In this document: positions 1 to 9,810 of the stretch, piece by piece | How the letters are laid out: each line of letters opens with the position of its first letter | Position numbering within the stretch: position 1 is the first letter of the stretch | Source of the DNA: Kiloniellales bacterium | GTDB taxonomy: Bacteria > Pseudomonadota > Alphaproteobacteria > Kiloniellales > JAKSDN01 | Length of the DNA: 64,000 nt | Direction: 5' to 3' | NCBI GenBank assembly: GCA_030064845.1 | Contig: JASJEC010000003.1 | Coordinates: 69,138 to 133,137 of the forward strand | The notes under the pieces: generated by a model | Databases searched by the model: none | What the model was told of the DNA's origin: nothing | Seen by the model: the letters and a program-made list of their open reading frames with translations, nothing else | Program-made: the position numbers and the translations under genes

Positions 1-1335
1 CGACATCCCCGTGCCCGTATCGCGCACCGTCAGCACGACGAAGTGGCCCGGACGGCAGCCGGACGTCGAGGCGGGGGTGTCCGGGCCGAGTTCGGCGTTC
101 GCGGCCTCGAGGGAGAGCGTGCCGCCCCTGGGCATGGCGTCGCGGGCATTGATTGCCAGGTTCAGGATCGCGCTCTCCAACTGCACCGGATCGGCGGAGA
201 CCGGCCAGAGTCCCGGAGCAGGCGAGATCTTGATCTCTATCGACTCGCCGAGGGTTCGGGACATCATGTCGCTCATATCGGCGAGAAGCGCCTGAAGATC
301 AATGTCCTGCGGACTGAGCGACTGCCGCCGGGCGAAGGCCAACAGCCGCTCGGTCAGTTCCGCGCCGTGGGATGCCGCGCGAAGGATGGACTGCACCCGT
401 TTGTGGTCGTCGCCGAGCTGCTTCTGCAGGAAATCGCAGTTGCCCATGATGACCGCAAGCATGTTGTTGAAGTCATGGGCAATGCCGCCCGTCAGCTGAC
501 CGAGCGCCTCCAGCTTCTGGGACTGCCTCAGCTGTTCCTGGGAGCGGGTGAAATCCGTGATGTCCTGCGTCGTGCCGTATTCCCGGATCACCGCACCGTT
601 CTGATCGAAGATGGGTTTGGCGATCTCCCGGACATTGCGCACTTCCCCGCTGGGCGTGACGACCCGGTACTCGAACTCGATGCGGTTACCCTCCCGCAGC
701 GACTTGAAGGTCGACCTGACACGCTCCCTATCTTCTGGGTGGGTGAAGAGAAACGGCCCGTCGATATCGGAACCCCGGGCGATGTAGTCCTTGACCGTGG
801 TGCCGTGAATGCTCGCATGCTCCGGCGAGCAATAGAGACACTTGTCCTCGATCGAGTCCCAGACGTAGGTGCCCAAGCCGGCCAGCTCCACCGCGAGCCG
901 CAAGCGATCTTCGCCCTCGCGCGCCTTTTCTTCGGAACTCTCACGGCGCTGCAGCTCCTGGTGAAAGCTCTGCTCCTTTGCATTCAGATCCTTCAGGATA
1001 TGAGCCATGCGCTGGGTGATCGAGATCACCCCAAACACGATGAACGCGACCGCCAAGAGCTTGATAAACCAGCTGTGGTGAAGGTGGAGGTTGTGCATCT
1101 CGGCCATGGACGCCTCGAGCGAATAGAACATCGGCAGGACGTGCATGGTGACGAGGTCGGAGAAGTAGAAGGCGGCAATGATGATCAGTCCGAAGACGAT
1201 GGAAGCGAGGCTCCAGAGGGCGGAGAGACGTCTGAAGGTGTCGAGATTGCGCAGGAAGATGACCAGCGCGACGGCGACGCCACCGATAATGGCCAGATCG
1301 AATACCGTCATTATGGGAACGGATTCGGAGATCAT
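1..1335 (-). CDS. PAS-domain sensor histidine kinase (C-terminus cut by window edge)
   Basis: Absent from the ORF track because there is no stop inside the window. My minus-strand translation from ATG 1335 gives MISESVPIMTVFDLAIIGG... with hydrophobic N-terminal segments. It has a PAS-like core (GTYVWDSIEDKCLYCSPEHASIHG...EFEYRVVTPSGEVRNVREIAKPIFDQNG), an H-box (QLTGGIAHDFNNML) and an N-box (LNLAINARDAMP). The frame stays open to base 1. Confidence 0.85.
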   Translation of the reverse strand, partial: MISESVPIMTVFDLAIIGGVAVALVIFLRNLDTFRRLSALWSLASIVFGLIIIAAFYFSDLVTMHVLPMFYSLEASMAEMHNLHLHHSWFIKLLAVAFIVFGVISITQRMAHILKDLNAKEQSFHQELQRRESSEEKAREGEDRLRLAVELAGLGTYVWDSIEDKCLYCSPEHASIHGTTVKDYIARGSDIDGPFLFTHPEDRERVRSTFKSLREGNRIEFEYRVVTPSGEVRNVREIAKPIFDQNGAVIREYGTTQDITDFTRSQEQLRQSQKLEALGQLTGGIAHDFNNMLAVIMGNCDFLQKQLGDDHKRVQSILRAASHGAELTERLLAFARRQSLSPQDIDLQALLADMSDMMSRTLGESIEIKISPAPGLWPVSADPVQLESAILNLAINARDAMPRGGTLSLEAANAELGPDTPASTSGCRPGHFVVLTVRDTGTGMS

Positions 1336-1743
1336 GAGCGCCTGCTCCCGAAGCAGAGTCGGCAGGAAAATCAACGGATGGCCTGCCGGGCGGCGCCGCT
1401 CTCACTTCCTTGACGGAGCGCGACGCCGGCGCACAGGCCGGGAAATCTGCGTATCGTCAAACGCGCGATGTCGAGCCGACCGAAACCGCTACCTGGATAT
1501 CGGTCATCGCTTGGCCCGACGCGCTCGTCGTCGGAAGGCTACTCGCGCATATAGAGCATAGCCATTGAAGCGATGCAACTCCTCCCAGAATTGCCCGCGA
1601 CGGGTCTCTGCAGGAGATTGCGCCGAGACGGCGACCCAGCGTTTGATCCCGAGCCCCGCGCGTGTGACCATCGACTTCACTAGCTGCTTAAAGGAGAACG
1701 CGAGATCAGAGGCCGCGCCAAGCCGTTCAGCCCTTGGAGGTCT

Positions 1744-2211
1744 TTGCCATCCGGACTCCCGGCCCTCTGCGTAGCCGTCCTGGTGACGGCCTGCGAGGGA
1801 GCCTACAGCCCGCCCGTGGCCGCGCCCCAGGCGCGGCCGCATACCGTGTCCGTGGACGCCACGCGCGACGCGCTGTTCGAGGCCGCCGTGCTGACCGTGG
1901 TCGGTGCCGGCTATCCGATCGCCTTCACGGACCCCGCACGCGGCCTGATCACAACCAACCGCCAAGCGGTCCGGCTGTCCCCGGCGGAGGCGGACTGCGG
2001 CCAGATTTCCGGCGAGGCTCTGGTCGCGGACCGGCGGACCACGACCGAAGTGAGGCTAAGAATTCGCGTGAGCGACGGCCAGATGCGGATCCGGGCGACA
2101 ATCGAGGGAACTATCGCCGAGGGGAAACTGCGGACAACGGCGCTGACCTGCGTTTCGACCGGCGAGCTCGAGCGAGCCCTGCTAAGCAGGATCGTCGAAA
2201 GGGCCTCATGA
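1744..2211 (+). CDS. putative lipoprotein, function unknown
   Basis: 155-aa ORF with a lipobox-like N-terminus (LCVAVLVTAC). TTG start with GGAGG just upstream. High GC3. No family recognised. Confidence 0.5.
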   Translation: MPSGLPALCVAVLVTACEGAYSPPVAAPQARPHTVSVDATRDALFEAAVLTVVGAGYPIAFTDPARGLITTNRQAVRLSPAEADCGQISGEALVADRRTTTEVRLRIRVSDGQMRIRATIEGTIAEGKLRTTALTCVSTGELERALLSRIVERAS

Positions 2212-2215
2212 GGCT

Positions 2216-2231
2216 GGCGACCGCGGTCGCC
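2216..2231. terminator. 16-nt perfect palindrome between convergent genes
   Basis: GGCGACCGCGGTCGCC sits in the 29-nt gap between the lipoprotein stop (2211) and the acylase stop (2241). It may be too short to act as a terminator. Confidence 0.25.
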
Positions 2232-2240
2232 GAACCGGCG

Positions 2241-4502
2241 CTAATGCGGCTTCAAGGTCATGGCGATCGGGAAATCCTCGGCCACGGACTCGCTGCGCAA
2301 CGGCAGCCGCATGTAACGCCGGCCGCGCCATAGCGGCATCTGGTCGGAGAAGGACTCGCTGCCCAGCCAGCCGTCCTGGCCGCCGAACATCACGAACCAG
2401 TTGGCGTCGTCGTCCGACATGTCGGACACGTGCCGCGCCATGGATCCGAAGTCGGTGTAATGCCGGCCGCGTTCCAAGCCGTGCGAGGTCTTCTGCGGCG
2501 TCTGCCGCGAACCGTCGGCGGGAAGTTCGTCGACCACGAAGGCCGCCCCGATGAGCGGCAGCTTGGCGAGGATATGGGCGATCTTGACCCGGTGCATGGC
2601 GCCCCAGGTCGGATAGCGCCGCAGGTCGCGCAAGGTCCCGGCGAGGGCCTTGCGGAGGATGCGCGCCTTCTGGTCCGGCGCGAGGGCGGCGAACTCCCGC
2701 TCGAAGTAGGAGACGATGAAGTTCCACTGGGACAGGTAGTGTTCCAGCGCCGCCTTATCCTCGCGCTGCGACACCGTCGGCGCCAGGTGCGCCAGGAGGA
2801 TCTCGAAAGCGGCAGCGGCCGATGACCCGGCCGGGTAGCTGCCGTCCCAGGACTGCAGCTGGCGCGCCAGCGCGGACTCTTTCTCGCCCAGCTGAAGATC
2901 CTCGATCTCGGCACCCAACAGCTTGGCCAGCTTGGCCGCGGTTGGCGACGTCACGTCGCACAGGATCTCTTCCAGCTCCTCCGTCGAAACCCGGCGGCGC
3001 TTGGCCAGGAGATCGTGCAGGCGATTGAAGCGCTCGCCGGAGTCGAAGAGGAAACCTACCGGCACCGCCGTCTTGGGCGGCTTGGTATTGGCCGAGACGA
3101 CGACGCCGTCGCCCGGGTTCTTGCTGTAGGGCAGCTCGGTGCTGTTTAGAAAGCCGTTCCAATCAACCTCGGGGTCGCGGGCGTCGCGCACGAAATCCTT
3201 TTCGGAGAAGGGCCCCCGCACGGGAAGCGTCGCGGCCATGATCTCGCCGATGTTGCCTTCCTTGTCAGCGTAGACCATCGAGGTCGAAGGCACGCCATAG
3301 CTCTCGAAGGCCTGGCGAAACTCTTCCGGCGTCTTGGCCCGCGCCGCCTTGAGGAAGCAGGTTGGCTCGTCGGTCGGCTGGTGACCGACCCAGCGGAAGG
3401 CGATTTTGTCTCCCTTGGCGCAGGGAAAGAAGGGCGCATCCGACATGATCGTGCCGAAGCGGGTGCGCCGGATCTTGCGCTTGGCGGTGCCGGCGCCGCG
3501 CATCTTGATCTCCGTCTCGACAGTCTCGATCTCGCTGTCAGGCAGATCCGAGACGTCGAACAGCTCGGTCGAGGCCGCGCGCAGGTTGGTCCCGCCCCAG
3601 GCCATATAGGGGCTGCGCCCCATGCAGACGAAGGGCAGCCCGGTGAGCATGAGGCCGACCACGTTCATGGTCGGCGAGCGCAGCCCGGCCAGCACCCAGG
3701 TGTTGGGCAGAGAGAGCCCCAGGTGGGGGTCGGACCCGATCAGCGCGCTTCCGGTGGCGCTGCGATGGGCCGCGACGGCCACGGTGTTGCTGCCCGCCTT
3801 GCCGGCATTGGCCACCATCTTGACCATCGCCTCCACGGGTTCCGGGGCGACGTTGTGGTCGCCGAGGGTCCCGCCGGCCTCGAGCACGCGACGCCAGAGC
3901 AGAGAGAAGTTCTCCGCTTTGCGCTGCGGCAGCAGGGCGAGAAAGGTCAGCCAGTTGAAGTCGGCGCCGAGCAGCCGGCCCACCGACAGCACGTCGTCCA
4001 CGGTCCAGGGCTCGCGCGGCGCACGAAGCAGCCGCAGCTCCAGGGGCCGGAGCTCCTGCTGGCCCTGGTAGTGATTGACCCCGTCCGTGAAGCGGGACAT
4101 CCAGCGCCGCGTCGACTCAGGCATCCGTTCCCACATGCCCTTGGTGCCGAGGGTCATGTCCATGACCCGAAGGGCGTGGTCCATTTCCCGCGTGAAGGGG
4201 CCCAAGAGCTCTGAAAGACGACCCCGCACCACGAGGCGCATCAGGTTCATCTGGGCACCGCGCAGGTGCGCGTGCACCAGCCCCAGCGTGAACGCCAGGT
4301 CGTCGTCCGTCTGGGCATCGATGTAGGGCACGTGGTGCTGGTTCCACCTGACGCTGACGGGCCGATCGATCGGCAGGTTCTCGGTCGGGAAAGCGGCCAA
4401 GCGCTTTTCGGTGCTGACCGACGTCGGCACGAGCCCGAGCGCCGCCAACAGCGGCCGCGGTATCGTGGGGATGTATTTCTTCGTGGCTACGTTGATGAAC
4501 AT
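2241..4502 (-). CDS. penicillin acylase / acyl-homoserine-lactone acylase family Ntn hydrolase
   Basis: 753-aa ORF. The internal segment GKAGSNTVAVAAHRSATGSALIGSDPHLGL matches the family's autoprocessing site, with the N-terminal nucleophile Ser followed by N. Size and layout are typical of the penicillin amidase family. Confidence 0.85.
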   Translation of the reverse strand: MFINVATKKYIPTIPRPLLAALGLVPTSVSTEKRLAAFPTENLPIDRPVSVRWNQHHVPYIDAQTDDDLAFTLGLVHAHLRGAQMNLMRLVVRGRLSELLGPFTREMDHALRVMDMTLGTKGMWERMPESTRRWMSRFTDGVNHYQGQQELRPLELRLLRAPREPWTVDDVLSVGRLLGADFNWLTFLALLPQRKAENFSLLWRRVLEAGGTLGDHNVAPEPVEAMVKMVANAGKAGSNTVAVAAHRSATGSALIGSDPHLGLSLPNTWVLAGLRSPTMNVVGLMLTGLPFVCMGRSPYMAWGGTNLRAASTELFDVSDLPDSEIETVETEIKMRGAGTAKRKIRRTRFGTIMSDAPFFPCAKGDKIAFRWVGHQPTDEPTCFLKAARAKTPEEFRQAFESYGVPSTSMVYADKEGNIGEIMAATLPVRGPFSEKDFVRDARDPEVDWNGFLNSTELPYSKNPGDGVVVSANTKPPKTAVPVGFLFDSGERFNRLHDLLAKRRRVSTEELEEILCDVTSPTAAKLAKLLGAEIEDLQLGEKESALARQLQSWDGSYPAGSSAAAAFEILLAHLAPTVSQREDKAALEHYLSQWNFIVSYFEREFAALAPDQKARILRKALAGTLRDLRRYPTWGAMHRVKIAHILAKLPLIGAAFVVDELPADGSRQTPQKTSHGLERGRHYTDFGSMARHVSDMSDDDANWFVMFGGQDGWLGSESFSDQMPLWRGRRYMRLPLRSESVAEDFPIAMTLKPH

Positions 4503-4832
4503 GAGATTCTGCGAACTACTCCAGATTCCCCACGTGAGGGGAAGAATTTGCCGAGCGTGGCGGCGCGGACGCTGTCGTGTCGGGACGACCGGGCATCAAG
4601 AGCACGATTGCCTTTCAGAGCGCTTAATGCTGAACCCCTTGCTTCATTTGCGGCCGGAGCGAGGCGACCTGACCTCGTTCCGGCAGTCGTGTCCGCCCTT
4701 TCGGGGGCCGGCACGCCCGTCTTGCCCGATCTCGAGAGCATTACACAAGGGGCATCAACCTCGCGGGCCTAGCGCCGAACGGCCGTCACCGAACGGATGC
4801 CCACGCCCTGCGCCTGCCCGAGGCGCCAGATG

Positions 4833-6011
4833 TCACGAGGCCTCTCGTTGAGGTTCCCCGGTCGACACCAGGGAGACGTCGGTAAAGGGCAGCGGCTGCT
4901 TCGAGCTGTCGAAGAACCCGCGGACCCGGACCACGGCCCGCGTCATGCTGTCCAGTGGCGGTGTCATCTGCCAATCCGAGAACTCCTCGCCGAGCCAGAC
5001 CGCCCGCTTCGACTCGACCAGGTGCTGGTGCACGAGCGTGATGTCGCGCGTGATGCGCCTGGGACCGGTGCGCAGGAAGTGGCTGTAGAGCCGCGCCCGC
5101 AGGCGCCCGAGAAAGGCGCCCCATTCCCAGCCGCGATTTCGTTCGGCCAAGGGCAGCGTTTCCCTCGACGTCTCTTCGTTCGCGCTGTCCAGGCGGAACA
5201 TGTAGACCGGTTTGCGGGTTGCGCAAGCCTCGGTCAGCATCGAGACGCTGTCGCAGGTGACGATCAGCTCGTCGCTGAGCGCCAGCAACGCATAGTAGGG
5301 ATTGTTGTTCGCCTCCGGCCGCCACTTGTAGAGGAAGTGGGGCGCGTCCAGGTGCTGTTCCAGGGCGTCGACAACGTAGTCCGGGGTCCGGGCGCTGGTC
5401 GTGATCAGCAGCGAGGCGCCGCGCGACTCGGCGAAGCGCGAGGCCTGGAGCGCGAGGCGGCAGGCTGCGTTGCGGCTGAAATTGAACGGGCCGCTGTGCC
5501 CGCCGACGAGCAGCGTGACGTAGGGGCCGGGCAAGGCCTTGAGGCGCGGACGCCAGGCCTCGGCCGCCTCGTCGAGCCGCTCCTGCGTGACCCCGTGGAG
5601 CGGCGTCTTGTTGCGCAGAATGTGTTCACCGTCCGGCGGCCGGTACTGCGGCGGCGATACGACCAAGTCGAAGACGTCCCAGTCGATCCAGGGGCGGCCC
5701 ACGTGCACCAGGCGCACCTCGTGGCCGTCGCGCGCGGCACGCGCCCGAAGCTGGCGCGCGCGCACCTCGCTGCGCCATCCCGCGCTCAGCACGAGGTCGG
5801 GCCAGGTCTGGTTCGCTACGTCGTGGGTGCACGCCTCGTCGATGCTCATCGGCGCGGCCGTCGTTGAACCGCCGTCAGGGGCGGTAGACTTCACTTCGTA
5901 AGGCCAGCCGAGGGAATCGGCCAGGGCCATCACTTGAAGGCTGTCGCCGACGCGGTGGCTCAGCAACACCCAAACGACCGGCGGCGTATCCAGACCGCCG
6001 ACGAGCCTCAT
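4833..6011 (-). CDS. ELM1/GtrOC1-like (mitochondrial fission ELM1 family) protein
   Basis: ORF 4833..6056. ATG 6011 is the likely start because AGGGGG lies 6 nt upstream. The N-terminus PVVWVLLSHRVGDSLQVMALADSLGWPYEVK resembles bacterial ELM1-family proteins. Assignment is from memory of the family. Confidence 0.6.
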   Translation of the reverse strand: MRLVGGLDTPPVVWVLLSHRVGDSLQVMALADSLGWPYEVKSTAPDGGSTTAAPMSIDEACTHDVANQTWPDLVLSAGWRSEVRARQLRARAARDGHEVRLVHVGRPWIDWDVFDLVVSPPQYRPPDGEHILRNKTPLHGVTQERLDEAAEAWRPRLKALPGPYVTLLVGGHSGPFNFSRNAACRLALQASRFAESRGASLLITTSARTPDYVVDALEQHLDAPHFLYKWRPEANNNPYYALLALSDELIVTCDSVSMLTEACATRKPVYMFRLDSANEETSRETLPLAERNRGWEWGAFLGRLRARLYSHFLRTGPRRITRDITLVHQHLVESKRAVWLGEEFSDWQMTPPLDSMTRAVVRVRGFFDSSKQPLPFTDVSLVSTGEPQREAS

Positions 6012-6623
6012 GTGCGGCCCCCTGGGTTCCAGGCGACTTGAGTCGATATGTTGCAACTCGAACTACTCCCTCTCACCGATCGTGGCGCGCGGTTCCCCTC
6101 GGACACCTGAACGCGCTGACCGGTAGCGTCTCGAAAACCCCTCGCCCCACCTCTCGGATTAGATTGCGGTGCGCCCCCGCGTGTTGCACTTGCGAGCGCA
6201 CAATGGCGAATTGCCCCGCGCCGGCCAAATCACTATTTGTTACGCCCTGTTACAGGAAAGGCGTAATAGACAGATGAACAAACCGTAAAGTCCGACGCCC
6301 CAGGTGCACGTAAACCCGTGTAACGACGGACGTTCCCACATTCCCGAGCGGGGTGATCGTCTTGCGCGCGTCAAGAAGTCCCGGTCGCTAAGCTTCCCCT
6401 CGCCCGCCATCACGGCGCTTGATTTTTCATTTCAGTCTCCTTAATCCGAAACACGAGACGGAGACGAGAGGGATGTCCGTTCCGAATTCCCGGCCGCGCG
6501 GGCCGGGATCCGCGTCCAGCCTAATCGTTTCTTTATAACTTGCCGCCAGAAGGCAGAGGGCATGACGGATCGACCGCCATGCCCGACGGTCGTCGCGGTA
6601 GTGTCCCTCCAACGAGGTCGAGA

Positions 6624-8288
6624 ATGGTAGGTAGCTGGAGCATAGAGGCGCGCTCGGGCGCAAGAAGCGCAGACAAGAGCATTCAGCCCGCGCCCGAAGG
6701 CCGGGGCTTTACCGGCGTGACCGGCCTCTTTCGGGCCTACGCGCGTCACCGGGTCCGGCAGCTCGAGGCGCAGCCGCCCGCGCAGACTCAGGAACGCCAG
6801 CTGCTGTCCATCGTGAACAAGGCGGCGGGGACGCGTTTCGGGCGGGACCACGGCTTCGACCGCATCGCCTCGGTCGCCGACTATCAGGCGCGCGTGCCGC
6901 TGCGTGTCTACGACGACTTCTGGAATGCCTACTGGAAGGACGCCTTCCCGCACCTCGATAACGTCACCTGGCCGGGCCTCGTGGAGTACTTCGCCGTCTC
7001 GTCGGGAACCTCGACCGGCAACTTGAAGTACATCCCCTGCACCAAGGCCATGGTGCGCTCGAACTACAAGGCCGCGTCCGACGTCCTGGTCCATCACCTG
7101 GTCAACCGTCCGCGCAGCCGCATGCTTTCGGGCAAGACATTCGTGTTCGGCGGCAGCACCGACCTGGTCGAACAGGCGCCGGGCGTCTACAGCGGCGACA
7201 TGAGCGGCATCGCGGCGAAGCACCGCGCCTGGTGGGCGCGGCCGTTCTACTTTCCGCCCAAGGGCGAGACCCGCTTCGTCGAGTGGGAAGACAAGATGGC
7301 CTATCTCGGGCCCCGGTCGCTGGAGCAGGACATCCGTGCCATGACCGGCGGGTGCAACTGGCTGCTGCTGTTCTTCGAGCATCTGGCCACCATGCGGCCG
7401 GACCTGGGAGAGCGCATCGTCGACTTCTATCCGGAGATGGAGATCCTGGTGCACGGCGGCGTCTCCCTGGCGCCCTACCGGCAGCGCTTCGAGGAACTCC
7501 TCGAGGGCAGCCACGCCGAGATGCGCGAGACCTACCCGGCGAGCGAGGCCTTCGTGGCGGTCGCGGACCGCGGCCCGGGCGAGGGCCTGCGGATGGTTCT
7601 CGATCACGGAGTGTTCTACGAGTTCGTACCCTTGGAGGAGCTCGCGAGCCCGAACCCGACGCGCCACTGGGTCGGCAACCTGGAGCCCGGCATCGACTAC
7701 GCCATCGTGGTGAGCAGCTGCGCCGGTCTTTGGAGCTACATCATCGGCGACGTGGTCCGTTTCGTCGACGCCTCGACGCCGAGACTGCTGGTGACCGGCC
7801 GCACGGCCTACTACCTCACCACCTTCGGCGAGCACGTCACGGGCGAACTCCTGGAGAGTTCGCTGATCGCGTCGGCCAAGGCGCAGGGGTTGAACATCAG
7901 CGAGTTCTCGGTCGGCACGGAAGTGTTCGAGGAAAAAGGCGGGCTGGGCCGGCACGTGCACGTGATCGAGTTCCGCGAAGGCCTGCTGAACCCCAAGCAG
8001 ATCGAAGCCATGACCGAATCGGTCGACCGCACCCTGGCCGAGCGCAACGAGGACTACCGGGAGCGCCGCGCGGTCGCCGGCGGGATTCTGCCACCCGTGA
8101 TCGTCGCCGCGGCGCCCGGCGCCTTCAACAACTGGATGAAGAGCCGAGGCAAGCTGGGCGGCCAGAACAAGGTGCCGCGGGTGATCGGCGACTGGACCAC
8201 CTTCGACGACCTGCTGAGGTTCGTCGAGAGCTACAACGCCACGACCCGGGCCGCTGGCAAGGGTCCGGACGGCACCGCGGCCGCCTAG
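6624..8288 (+). CDS. GH3-family (auxin-responsive GH3 / acyl-acid amido synthetase-like) protein
   Basis: ORF 6540..8288. Motifs AGTRFGRDHGF...YQARVPLRVYDDF...YFAVSSGTSTGNLKYIPCT are typical of bacterial GH3 domain proteins. The start is uncertain: ATG 6624 has GAGG upstream, and GTG 6717 would give the more usual N-terminus. Confidence 0.8.
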   Translation: MVGSWSIEARSGARSADKSIQPAPEGRGFTGVTGLFRAYARHRVRQLEAQPPAQTQERQLLSIVNKAAGTRFGRDHGFDRIASVADYQARVPLRVYDDFWNAYWKDAFPHLDNVTWPGLVEYFAVSSGTSTGNLKYIPCTKAMVRSNYKAASDVLVHHLVNRPRSRMLSGKTFVFGGSTDLVEQAPGVYSGDMSGIAAKHRAWWARPFYFPPKGETRFVEWEDKMAYLGPRSLEQDIRAMTGGCNWLLLFFEHLATMRPDLGERIVDFYPEMEILVHGGVSLAPYRQRFEELLEGSHAEMRETYPASEAFVAVADRGPGEGLRMVLDHGVFYEFVPLEELASPNPTRHWVGNLEPGIDYAIVVSSCAGLWSYIIGDVVRFVDASTPRLLVTGRTAYYLTTFGEHVTGELLESSLIASAKAQGLNISEFSVGTEVFEEKGGLGRHVHVIEFREGLLNPKQIEAMTESVDRTLAERNEDYRERRAVAGGILPPVIVAAAPGAFNNWMKSRGKLGGQNKVPRVIGDWTTFDDLLRFVESYNATTRAAGKGPDGTAAA

Positions 8289-8439
8289 CGGGGAGCCCGG
8301 GTGGCGTTGATCGTATCAGGAGCACAGCGTCGCGCGCGCCGCGTCGGCAGACCGGGGCGTGCGGCCCGTGCGTATGGAACAACGAAGGTCGCAACCACGC
8401 GCCGCCTCGTCTCTTTCACCAGGAAAGGGGATTCTTGAC

Positions 8440-9810
8440 GTGACACTACGGATCGCCAGACGAGGCCCGATCGTCGGCCGCTGCGTCGCGCCTGCCTCCA
8501 AGCCGGAAACCCAGAGGGCCCTGGTGATGGCGGCCCTGGCGGAGGGCACTTCGCGCATCCGCAATCCGCTCTACTGCCGCGAGACGCGGATGATGATCGA
8601 CGCCTGCAAGGCGCTTGGCGTCGAGGTCGAGGAGGACGAGAACGAAATCCGGGTGACCGGCCTGGGCGGCAACATCCGCGCGGCGCGGCGCGAGGAGAAC
8701 ACCCGCTACGTCTGGGCCTCGGGCTCCGCGCTGGTCGGCCGCCTCTTCGCCACCATTGGCTCGGCGATGGCCGAGCGCGTCGTGGTCGACGGCAACAGCG
8801 TACTCAGGAACCGGCCCTTCGCGCCCCTGTTCTCGGCACTCAAGGCCAAGGGCGTGCACTTCGAGTTCTTCGACGGCGAGGACCGCCTGCCCTGCGCCGC
8901 GCTCTCGCGCGAACTGCCCGGCGGCCTCTACAAGCTCGGCACCTCGGTGTCCTCCCAATTCGCGACCGCGCTTATGGTGCCCGCGCCCCTCGCGACGACG
9001 CCGACCACGATCGAGCTGAGCGGCACGCCCTACTCGCTCTCCTACATCCGGCAGACCGCCGACATGATGCGCCGCTTCGGCGTAGACGTCGCCTTCAGCG
9101 GCGACGAGCGGGAGATCCAGGTCGCCAACGACAAGCCCTACGAGAGCCGGGAGATCGACATCACGGGCGACTACACCTCGGCCTCCTACATCCTGGGCGC
9201 CGCCTTCGTCAGCCGGGGCGACATCGTGGTCTCCAACCTCGACCCGCTCAGCCTGCAGGGCGAGCGCGCCATCGTCGACATCGTCGAGGAGTTGGGCGCC
9301 CGCATCCAATGGCTGCAGACGCCGCACACCCTGGCGGTCGACTGCACTGCCTTGCCGGCCCGAGTCGACGTCGCCTTCGACCTGAGCGACAGCCCCAACA
9401 TCCTGCCCACGGTCGCGGCGATCGCGGCGACCATCCCGGGCCGGGTGCGCCTGACCGGGGCGCGACTGACCCAGCACCACAAGTGCCCGCGCATCGACGC
9501 CATGGCCACCGAGTTGGCCAAGGCGGGCGTGACGGTCTCGGTGCTCTACGACAAGGAGGGGGCGACCGACGGACTGGAGATCCACGGCCGGGCCCGGCAC
9601 AACGGGCGGACCAGCTTCTCGAACCATGGCGACCACCGGATCTTCATGTCGCTGGCGCTCTTCGCGCTCGCGTGCAAGGAGCCCTGCAGCTTCGACGAGA
9701 GCAACGACACCAGCGACTCCTTCCCGGACTTCTTCAAGATGCTCGGCCTGAAGGGCGGAGCCGACAAGGAATTGGACGATGAGTGGCAGCTTATCCAAAG
9801 CGCAGGTTGA
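8440..9810 (+). CDS. divergent enolpyruvyl transferase (EPSP synthase/MurA superfamily)
   Basis: ORF 8359..9810. GTG 8440 is preceded by GGAAAGGGG. EPSPS-like landmarks are PASKPETQRALVMAALAEGTS, LRNRPFAPL, SVSSQFATALMV, GDYTSASYILGAAF, GDHRIFMSLALFAL and SFPDFF. Several canonical positions are altered (see findings). Confidence 0.75.
   Translation: MTLRIARRGPIVGRCVAPASKPETQRALVMAALAEGTSRIRNPLYCRETRMMIDACKALGVEVEEDENEIRVTGLGGNIRAARREENTRYVWASGSALVGRLFATIGSAMAERVVVDGNSVLRNRPFAPLFSALKAKGVHFEFFDGEDRLPCAALSRELPGGLYKLGTSVSSQFATALMVPAPLATTPTTIELSGTPYSLSYIRQTADMMRRFGVDVAFSGDEREIQVANDKPYESREIDITGDYTSASYILGAAFVSRGDIVVSNLDPLSLQGERAIVDIVEELGARIQWLQTPHTLAVDCTALPARVDVAFDLSDSPNILPTVAAIAATIPGRVRLTGARLTQHHKCPRIDAMATELAKAGVTVSVLYDKEGATDGLEIHGRARHNGRTSFSNHGDHRIFMSLALFALACKEPCSFDESNDTSDSFPDFFKMLGLKGGADKELDDEWQLIQSAG

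Noticed and set aside
43-1413. 456-aa plus-strand ORF covering the start of the window
   Set aside because: It is antisense to a minus-strand frame with unmistakable PAS/HisKA/HATPase motifs. Its composition (R/G/A/P/V/H/D-rich, no motifs) is typical of high-GC shadow ORFs.
1504-1671. Possible 55-aa minus-strand ORF (MVTRAGLGIKRWVAV...FWEELHRFNGYALYARVAFRRRARRAKR) upstream of the histidine kinase
   Set aside because: It has no RBS, mixed third-position GC in its second half and no recognisable family. This is insufficient to call it a gene.
6441-7961. 506-aa minus-strand ORF
   Set aside because: Shadow ORF antisense to the GH3-family gene, with no recognisable motifs.
8440-9810. Annotating the EPSPS-like gene as housekeeping aroA
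   Set aside because: Motif deviations and the genomic context (overlap with a PhyH dioxygenase, downstream of GH3) argue against a simple aroA call. I left the gene symbol empty.
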